Source: a virus
Lineage: Duplodnaviria > Caudoviricetes
Strand: one strand, 5' to 3'
DNA: 64,000 nucleotides
Virus record (IMG/VR): IMGVR_UViG_3300032312_001422
Location: 224,816 to 288,815 of that record
In this document: piece after piece, positions 55,010 through 62,392 of the stretch
How positions within the stretch are numbered: the first letter of the stretch is position 1
Layout of the letters: each line of letters begins with the position of its first letter
The notes under the pieces: generated by a model
Database searches by the model: none
What the model was told of the DNA's origin: nothing
What the model saw: the letters and a program-made list of their open reading frames with translations, nothing else
Made by a program: the position numbers and the translations under genes

Positions 55010-58000
55010 ATGGCACTAGTTTCCCCAGGAATTCAAATTTCCATTAACGATCAGAGTCAATACGTATCTAACGCAGTTGGATCAGTACCACTAGTGGTAT
55101 TGGCTACAGCACAAGATAAGACTTACAACGGTGCAATAGCATCAGGTACATCTGCAGCCAATGCAGGTAAATTACAGAGCTTTACTAGTCAACGTGACCT
55201 AGTAACAGCAATGGGCACACCTACATTTCGACTAAGTTCTGCAGGTACACCAGTACATGCTGGCGAACTAAACGAATATGGATTGATGACAGCTTATAGT
55301 GCCTTGGGCCTAGGCAATCAATTGTATGCTATCCGTGCCGATATCGACCTAGATCAATTGGTTGGTACCAGTGTTCGTCCAAACAACACACCCGCTGATG
55401 GAACATATTGGTTAGATACAGTTAATACAGAGTGGGGCATTTACAGTTTAAATCGTACCGACAGTGATTTTGACCATGTTGATCCTTTGGTAGTTACAGA
55501 CGCTACTCAAGTTGAAAACGACAGTGGTTTTGGTTACGTTGTACCAAAACCCAAACAGTCAATTGGCACAATTGGCAGTTATGCTATTGTGGCAGTGGAT
55601 ACAGATGCTACAAACCCTTCTTCACTGAGACTATGGAAAAAAACTGGAACCGATTCGGTTGCAACAGGCAATGGCGGTCCAGGTTCTAATGCTTGGGTAC
55701 AAGTGGGATCTACTGCTTGGCAATTGGCTACTCCGGTTGTTACTGGCACCATTGCTAATCCAACAATTACTATTGGAACCACATTAGTAATTAATGCAAC
55801 TACTATTACAGCAACAGGCACAACTGCTAGCTCTTTATCCGTTGACATTAATACAGCGGCTATTACAGGTGTTAAAGCGGCTGCAGTTGGCAACAAAGTG
55901 TTGTTGTTCTGCACAAGTGCTGCTACTAGCGGCAGAGTTACAGTGGCCAGTGGTACAATGAATGTCAGCACAGTACTGGGAATTACTCCGGGTACCTACT
56001 ATGCACCATTCCTGTTTTACGGAAACTACGCTGAACAACCTAGCGGCGGTTGGTTTACTACAGATTCTGAACCACGTCCAACTGGTAGTGTTTGGTGGAA
56101 ACTGGGATCAACTGGCGCCGGCCTAAACATTGTATTGAAAAAATACAGTTCGGCCACAGGCACCTTCCAGGCACAAAATGTACCAGCGTATCTCAATACC
56201 AACAATGCAATTTATGGTCTTGACCCAATTGGCGGCGGTGTAAATATTCCTGTAGGACAAGTTGTTGTAACTTATCAACCAACCGACACCACAAGTAATG
56301 CACTAAGATTTTATAGTCACAGAGAGCATACAGCTGCAGAAACTGCTGGCGGCACAAGTACAACTGTTGCCTTCACCGGAACACCTAGTGCATTTACAGC
56401 AGGTGAAAGTTTCTCTATTGATTATACAACACCGGGCATCGAAGAAGTTGGTGCCCCCACAACAATTACCCTGTCGGGCACCACTGCTGCTTCGTTTGTA
56501 ACTGATATTTTGGCTGCCAACATTCCTTATGTGACAGCTGCTGTTGAAAGCAACGGCACAATCAGTATTACACATCAAACTGGCGGTCAATTATTGCTGT
56601 TAGACGTGTCTGGTACACCGCTGGTAGATGCAGGCTTTGCAACAAATGCCGTTGGTCAGCCTACTTCGGGATCTGGATATACTCAAAATAAAGTAACCGG
56701 AACAATATTGATTGGTTGCTTGTTGCCCTTATTGAGCAATACCGACTTCTACATAACTGATTCTGCACCATATGCTGCACCTGCAGATGGCACATACTGG
56801 TATTACAGTAGTGCTGCTGATGTTGATGTTATGATCAATAACAATGGTTGGAAAGGCTACAAAAACGTAAGCAGTGACAGTCGTGGTTACAACCTAGGCA
56901 ACACAGATCCAGCAGGTGTTATTGTTTCTGCCACAGAACCACTCACACAAAGCGATGCTAGTGCATTGGTAGCTGGTGATTTGTGGTTGGACTCAAGCGA
57001 TCTAGCAAATTATCCTAAGATTTATCGTTACACAGGTACAACCTGGACTGCAATTGACACCACAGATCAAACAACCAGCAATGGTATTGTGTTTGCTGAT
57101 GCACGTTGGGATACCAACGGCACTAGTGATCCAATTGTTGATGCATTGCCTGCAATCACCAGTTTGTTGACCAGTAATTATCTTGACCTAGATGCTCCAG
57201 ATTATCGTTTGTATCCACGTGGTGCACTATTGTTTAACACACGTCGTTCAGGCTACAATGTCAAACAATACAGATCAAACTACTACAACGATGTAAGTTT
57301 CCCAAATGTTGGTGCCAACAGTATTGGCTTGCCAACCAGTTTACCATCAGAATCTGGTGCATGGATTAGTGCAAGTGGATTAAACACAGACGGATCAATG
57401 AAAGCTGGTACAGCTGCACAACGAGCTATTGTTGTTGCTGCCATGTCCAGTGCCATTGACAGCAACTTAGAAGTTCGCGAAGACCTGTATCAATTCAACT
57501 TGTTGGTAGCTCCTGGTTATCCAGAGTTGATTGACAACCTAGTAACATTGAACTCAGATCGTGGCGACACAGGTTTTGTTATTGGCGACACACCAATGAC
57601 ACTGGCTCCCACAAGCACCGCAATCAGTAGCTGGAACAGCAATACTACAGGCAACGGACTAGCAACAGCAAGCCCATATCTAGCTGTTTACTATCCAAGT
57701 GGTTTAACAACTGACCTAACTGGCAATACTGTTGCAGTTCCAGCAAGTTATTCAGTATTGCGTACATTCTTGTACAGCGACAACGTTAGCTATCCTTGGT
57801 TTGCTCCAGCTGGAGCAAACCGTGGTCTAGTAAGCAACATTCAAGATGTTGGTTACGTTAACGCCAACACAGGCGCATGGGTACACAACTCAATTGGACA
57901 AGGTCTACGTGACAGTTTATATACATTGAACATCAATCCAATTACACAGTTACCAGGAGTTGGTATTGTGGTGTGGGGTCAAGAGACCAAGTCGGGTACC

Positions 58001-58345
58001 AGTACAGCACGTAATCGTGTGAATGTAGTACGCTTAGAAAATTATCTAAGAACTGTATTCAAATCTATATCAAATGGTTATTTGTTTGAACCAAACGATC
58101 AGGTTACACGTAAGTCAATTGCAACACAAATTGAAAGTGCATTGAATGACATTCTAAGCAAGCGTGGTGTTTACGACTTCTTGGTAGTGTGCGATAGTAG
58201 CAATAACACTTCTAGCACTATTGCCAATAATCAGTTGTACGTAGACGTGGCAATTGAACCAGCACGTGATGTTGAATTTATTTACATTCCTATCGCGTTG
58301 TATAACCCAGGTGCGTTAGCAAGCCTAGGCACATCGTCAACTTAA
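55010..58345 (+). CDS. gp18: tail sheath protein with large insertions (1111 aa)
   Basis: LVSPGIQISINDQS, GELNEYGL, LLVAPGYP, WFAPAGANRG, NINPI, RNRVNVVRL, FEPND, EFIYIPI. Confidence 0.93.
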   Translation: MALVSPGIQISINDQSQYVSNAVGSVPLVVLATAQDKTYNGAIASGTSAANAGKLQSFTSQRDLVTAMGTPTFRLSSAGTPVHAGELNEYGLMTAYSALGLGNQLYAIRADIDLDQLVGTSVRPNNTPADGTYWLDTVNTEWGIYSLNRTDSDFDHVDPLVVTDATQVENDSGFGYVVPKPKQSIGTIGSYAIVAVDTDATNPSSLRLWKKTGTDSVATGNGGPGSNAWVQVGSTAWQLATPVVTGTIANPTITIGTTLVINATTITATGTTASSLSVDINTAAITGVKAAAVGNKVLLFCTSAATSGRVTVASGTMNVSTVLGITPGTYYAPFLFYGNYAEQPSGGWFTTDSEPRPTGSVWWKLGSTGAGLNIVLKKYSSATGTFQAQNVPAYLNTNNAIYGLDPIGGGVNIPVGQVVVTYQPTDTTSNALRFYSHREHTAAETAGGTSTTVAFTGTPSAFTAGESFSIDYTTPGIEEVGAPTTITLSGTTAASFVTDILAANIPYVTAAVESNGTISITHQTGGQLLLLDVSGTPLVDAGFATNAVGQPTSGSGYTQNKVTGTILIGCLLPLLSNTDFYITDSAPYAAPADGTYWYYSSAADVDVMINNNGWKGYKNVSSDSRGYNLGNTDPAGVIVSATEPLTQSDASALVAGDLWLDSSDLANYPKIYRYTGTTWTAIDTTDQTTSNGIVFADARWDTNGTSDPIVDALPAITSLLTSNYLDLDAPDYRLYPRGALLFNTRRSGYNVKQYRSNYYNDVSFPNVGANSIGLPTSLPSESGAWISASGLNTDGSMKAGTAAQRAIVVAAMSSAIDSNLEVREDLYQFNLLVAPGYPELIDNLVTLNSDRGDTGFVIGDTPMTLAPTSTAISSWNSNTTGNGLATASPYLAVYYPSGLTTDLTGNTVAVPASYSVLRTFLYSDNVSYPWFAPAGANRGLVSNIQDVGYVNANTGAWVHNSIGQGLRDSLYTLNINPITQLPGVGIVVWGQETKSGTSTARNRVNVVRLENYLRTVFKSISNGYLFEPNDQVTRKSIATQIESALNDILSKRGVYDFLVVCDSSNNTSSTIANNQLYVDVAIEPARDVEFIYIPIALYNPGALASLGTSST

Positions 58346-58352
58346 GAATATA

Positions 58353-58360
58353 GATAAATA
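58353..58360 (+). promoter_or_regulatory. late promoter-like GATAAATA for the tube gene
   Basis: upstream of TAGGAG RBS and ATG 58379. Confidence 0.7.
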
Positions 58361-58378
58361 AGAGTATAGGAGAATAAC

Positions 58379-58990
58379 ATGGCCGTAGCAAGTTTAAGCA
58401 AATTTACAGTTCCATTATCAAATGACCAAAGTGCAAGTAGCCAAGGTCTTTTGATGCCCAAGTTAAAGTATCGCTTCCGTGCGAGCTTTTATAATCTTGG
58501 TGTAACCAACCCAACCACAGAACTAACCAAGCAAGTGGTAGATATCAAGCGTCCAAACGTAACATTTGCACCTGTTACTATTGATGTTTATAACTCCAAA
58601 GTATATTTGCAAGGCAAGCCAGAGTGGCAAGAAACCACAATCAACTTCCGTGATGACGCAACTGGTCAAGTTAGTAAACTTATTGGTGAGCAGATTCAGA
58701 AGCAGTTTGACTTTATGGAACAAAGCTCTGCACCAAGTGGCGTTGACTACAAGTTCCGTATGGAATTTGACATCCTAGACGGTGGCAATGGTCAAACAAC
58801 TCCGGTGATTCTTGAGCAATGGGACCTAGAAGGTTGTTTCTTAAGTTCAGTTGACTACGGCGACATGGCTTACAACAGTAACGATCCTGTACAAATTGCA
58901 GTCAACATCCGCTTTGACAATGCTGTACAAACAATTGGCGGCGGTGTTGGAACCACAGTGGTATTCCCAAGAGGTGACAGCGTTAACTAA
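58379..58990 (+). CDS. gp19: tail tube protein
   Basis: LLMPKLKYRFR, VYLQGKPEWQETTINFRDD, LEGCFL..VDYGDMAY, IRFDNA; follows the sheath gene. Confidence 0.88.
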   Translation: MAVASLSKFTVPLSNDQSASSQGLLMPKLKYRFRASFYNLGVTNPTTELTKQVVDIKRPNVTFAPVTIDVYNSKVYLQGKPEWQETTINFRDDATGQVSKLIGEQIQKQFDFMEQSSAPSGVDYKFRMEFDILDGGNGQTTPVILEQWDLEGCFLSSVDYGDMAYNSNDPVQIAVNIRFDNAVQTIGGGVGTTVVFPRGDSVN

Positions 58991-59008
58991 TTGATAAATT
59001 TTATCACC

Positions 59009-59038
59009 AAACCCGAGCTTAAAAACCTCGGGTTTTTT
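59009..59038 (+). terminator. intrinsic terminator after gp19
   Basis: AAACCCGAG/CTCGGGTTT stem with T run. Confidence 0.8.
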
Positions 59039-59055
59039 ATTGGATAAATATTAGT

Positions 59056-60477
59056 ATGAGCATTAACAAATTTCTTACTCCTGCCCGTGAAACTGTTATT
59101 AGAGATTACCGCCATGCGGCTAGAATTTTTACTGATGATAATTTCCGACTAAGTCCCAAGTATGGATTTTTGTTTTATGTAGAATTTGACTTCAATCCCC
59201 TAATAACAAACATTTCAGATCAAAGCCTGCAGTACAGAGGTACCGGCAAAGGCAATGCCCCAGCAAGAGAATTAGGCATGTTGGTTAAGAGTGCTACCCT
59301 ACCAAAGTTTACTATTGATACCAAAACACACAATGCTTACAATCGCAAAAACATTGTGCAAAACAGTATCAAATATGATCCTGTACAAATATCATTTCAC
59401 GATGATCAAAGCGACAACGTGAGAAACTTTTGGTACGACTATTACAGTTTCTTTTTCCGTGACCCCGACTATGCCGATGCCACTTATAATACTCCACACA
59501 AGTATGCCAGCCGTCCCAGTTTTGATTGGGGTTATAGTCCAAGGCGTCCTAGTGTTGGAACCAATCTAAACGGTCAACAAGCATATCAATATATTCAGGC
59601 CATAAGAATTTACAGTTTGTATCAAAAGAATTTTAGTGAATATCAGCTGGTCAATCCTACCATCACTGCATTCAAACACGGCGACCATGCAAATGGCGAA
59701 ACTACATTGTTGAGTCACGAAATGACCATACAGTACGAAACAGTAAAATATCTAACAGGCTATACCACTGCTAACAATGCTGGTGGATTTGTTGACCTGC
59801 ATTATGATAATACCCCAAGTCCCATTGCTCCAAGAGATGGTACAGACCTAGTAGATAATGGACAAGGTGGATACAATCGTGCACCTGACCAAATCACCGA
59901 CCTAGCAGGTATTAGTCCCCTATACACCGATGCAACTGCACCCATAAACTTTGGAGCCGGCACAACATCTGCACAGCCCAGTGTGTTTGGAAGATTGTTT
60001 GGTACTGGTACATCATTGTCGGCTGGTGTGGGTGGAGTCAATGCTGGCGGATTCAGTGTACCAAGTCTTGGCAGTCTAACACAAGGTATAACCAGTGCCG
60101 CACAAGTACAGCAACAGATTCAAGCACAGGCATCCAACATTGTGGGTGGAGTCGTTAGCTCTGCAGCCAATGGACTTATTGGTGGCTTGGCTGCCGGACT
60201 GGGTCAAAATGGCGGAGCCACTATCAACCTAATTGCATCAGCTATACAAAATCCTCAAGCGGCTTTGGCCACAGTTACCAACATGGCAGCCACCTATGCC
60301 ATGCAACAGGTTGGTTCTTATGTGACTGAACTGACACAGCCATTGATCAACACAGCCAGTGGATTTATCAAAGATCAAGTTGCAGATTTAGTTGGCGATG
60401 TTTCAACTGCCTTTAGTGAAGCGTATGTTTCTGTTGTTGGAGCATTTGCTGATCCAGGATATAGCGATCTCTTTTAA
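59056..60477 (+). CDS. tail-tube-fold paralog (gp19/gp54-like) with Gly/Ala-rich C-terminal extension
   Basis: LVKSATLPKF..DTKTHNAYNRK, KYDPVQISFHDD, LVNPTITAFKHG, MTIQYE. Confidence 0.65.
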   Translation: MSINKFLTPARETVIRDYRHAARIFTDDNFRLSPKYGFLFYVEFDFNPLITNISDQSLQYRGTGKGNAPARELGMLVKSATLPKFTIDTKTHNAYNRKNIVQNSIKYDPVQISFHDDQSDNVRNFWYDYYSFFFRDPDYADATYNTPHKYASRPSFDWGYSPRRPSVGTNLNGQQAYQYIQAIRIYSLYQKNFSEYQLVNPTITAFKHGDHANGETTLLSHEMTIQYETVKYLTGYTTANNAGGFVDLHYDNTPSPIAPRDGTDLVDNGQGGYNRAPDQITDLAGISPLYTDATAPINFGAGTTSAQPSVFGRLFGTGTSLSAGVGGVNAGGFSVPSLGSLTQGITSAAQVQQQIQAQASNIVGGVVSSAANGLIGGLAAGLGQNGGATINLIASAIQNPQAALATVTNMAATYAMQQVGSYVTELTQPLINTASGFIKDQVADLVGDVSTAFSEAYVSVVGAFADPGYSDLF

Positions 60478-60479
60478 TT

Positions 60480-60863
60480 ATGAATAATCAAATCTCCACC
60501 GCAACTAATTTAGCGCCACCAAACACGTCAATTGCTGTCAATGACGCTAGAAAATATTTTAATAATTTTTATTCTAAAGAATTTGCATCAGGTCCAGCTG
60601 ATGATGCCATTGTGGCGTTCTTTGAAAAATATACACAAAATAAAACTGCGGCTAAAAATTTAGCTGCTGTGGTGCTATATACATCACAGGCACAAGAACT
60701 AGATCCAATGTTGGTGTTGAGCGTGTTTCAAAAATTGCCAGCTGGTGAACTCAACAACTATCTTGCGGCATTCTTAAACGCCAATAGAGCACCTACTAGC
60801 ACCATTGGTGTCAAACGAACAAATAATACGAATCCCTTGGTCTCTCGCACAGTATTGATATGA
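60480..60863 (+). CDS. hypothetical protein (127 aa)
   Basis: in operon between tube paralog and gp4-like gene. Confidence 0.7.
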   Translation: MNNQISTATNLAPPNTSIAVNDARKYFNNFYSKEFASGPADDAIVAFFEKYTQNKTAAKNLAAVVLYTSQAQELDPMLVLSVFQKLPAGELNNYLAAFLNANRAPTSTIGVKRTNNTNPLVSRTVLI

Positions 60864-61294
60864 GCAAATATTCGCAGGGTAAATTTCAAATACAAAATCC
60901 TGACAAGTATGTGGGCAACAAAACGCCTACATATAGATCCAGTTGGGAATTTGTTTTTATGCAATTCTGTGACAACAATCCCAGCATAATCAACTGGGCC
61001 AGCGAAGCGGTACATATCAATTACCGTAATCCGCTGACAGGTAAAAACACCATTTATGTTCCAGACTTTTTGATCACTTACCAAGATGCCAATGGTGCTC
61101 AACGGGCTGAACTGGTTGAAGTCAAACCCAAAAAAGAAACCACATTAGAAGGTGCCAAAAACATACGTGACCAAGCCAGTGCCATATTGAACATGGCAAA
61201 ATGGGAAGCAGCTCGTGCCTGGTGCCGAGCCCACGGCATGACCTTTAGAGTTGTTACGGAAGATATGATTTTCCACCAAGGTCGTAGCAAATAA
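60860..61294 (+). CDS. gp4: head completion protein gp4-like (TnsA-like nuclease fold)
   Basis: NPDKYVG, YRSSWE, WASE, YVPDF, LVEVKP, NMAKWEAAR, FRVVTE. Confidence 0.88.
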   Translation: MSKYSQGKFQIQNPDKYVGNKTPTYRSSWEFVFMQFCDNNPSIINWASEAVHINYRNPLTGKNTIYVPDFLITYQDANGAQRAELVEVKPKKETTLEGAKNIRDQASAILNMAKWEAARAWCRAHGMTFRVVTEDMIFHQGRSK

Positions 61295-61302
61295 ATATTG
61301 CT

Positions 61303-61785
61303 ATGACTAAAAAATTAGAAGAACTATTTAACCTACCTTCCACAGATGCCACTGCTGAAGAAGCAGAGCAGGTAATAGAAGAAAATAGAGATATAATCAC
61401 TGAAGTTAATCTTGCTATAGATAAGATTGATGCTGCACTACCTACAGTACACAATTTAGACACTGGCGACTCAGAGCTTGATGAACTGGCACAATTGGCA
61501 CAGAGCAAAGCTGAAGATCTAATAGACCTGGGCATGAATGTAGAACCACGCTTTTCGGGTGTTATATTGCAAACAGCCGGTATGTTGTTGGGACACGCTA
61601 TCACAGCCAAAACTGCCAAGCTAGATAAAAAACTCAAAATGGTACAGTTACAGTTGGCCAAAGCCAAATTGGATCACCAGATCAAAAAAGACACCAAAGA
61701 CCCTGTGGAAGAAGCCATAGATGGGCAAGGAGTTGTGCTGGATCGCAACGAATTGCTAAAACAAATATTAAACAAAAAAGTATAA
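61303..61785 (+). CDS. possible terminase small subunit (gp16-like)
   Basis: helical 160 aa; MTKKLEELFNL, DLIDLGMNVEPRF, VVLDRNELLKQI; assignment by resemblance only. Confidence 0.45.
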   Translation: MTKKLEELFNLPSTDATAEEAEQVIEENRDIITEVNLAIDKIDAALPTVHNLDTGDSELDELAQLAQSKAEDLIDLGMNVEPRFSGVILQTAGMLLGHAITAKTAKLDKKLKMVQLQLAKAKLDHQIKKDTKDPVEEAIDGQGVVLDRNELLKQILNKKV

Positions 61786-61788
61786 ATA
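61781..61788 (+). promoter_or_regulatory. late promoter TATAAATA
   Basis: exact consensus overlapping the stop of the 61303 gene, followed by TAGGA RBS. Confidence 0.7.
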
Positions 61789-61805
61789 CTGAATATAGGA
61801 TTATA

Positions 61806-62390
61806 ATGATGAAACCATTCCAAACTTACATTGCTGAACTAAACAAGCCATACGAGTTTCGTATCAAACTAGCTACCGTTAACCCCAAAGGGGAAGTAAT
61901 GGACCGCATTAAAGCCGCACTAGAAACTTATCAGTTAGAAAGTGTCAGTGCTGTTAAGAGCCTACCAATTCAGGAACATCGTGAATTCCCACAGTGGGGT
62001 CCATGTGAGTGCTGGACATTTGATATCAAAGTTGCATACCCTGTTACAGTTCCTGCAATCCGCCAAACAATCAAAGAACGTGCTCAATTGAATCCAGCCT
62101 GGATTGATGTGCGTACTTTAGGTGACGCAGTCAACACAGACGAAGCAGAAGCACGTGGCAAAGATCACGAAGGTGCTTTGCTGGACGAGGAAGAATTAAA
62201 AGCCGACGAAGGCGGTCAAGAAATGGCCGGACAACTTCGCATTGGTAGTTTGATCAAAGAATTAGAAAGTCGCAAATTTGATTTTGCCGCTACTGAAAAA
62301 GCCACTGGCGTGATGTCAACAGAAAGTGTTGGTACTACCAGCCCAGTTGGCACAAACCAAAACAAAGTATACAAGGCAAAAGGAAAGTAA
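61806..62390 (+). CDS. putative internal head protein with capsid-targeting-like N-terminus
   Basis: MKPFQTYIAE resembles the T4 capsid targeting sequence MKTYQEFIAE. Confidence 0.6.
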   Translation: MMKPFQTYIAELNKPYEFRIKLATVNPKGEVMDRIKAALETYQLESVSAVKSLPIQEHREFPQWGPCECWTFDIKVAYPVTVPAIRQTIKERAQLNPAWIDVRTLGDAVNTDEAEARGKDHEGALLDEEELKADEGGQEMAGQLRIGSLIKELESRKFDFAATEKATGVMSTESVGTTSPVGTNQNKVYKAKGK

Positions 62391-62392
62391 AC

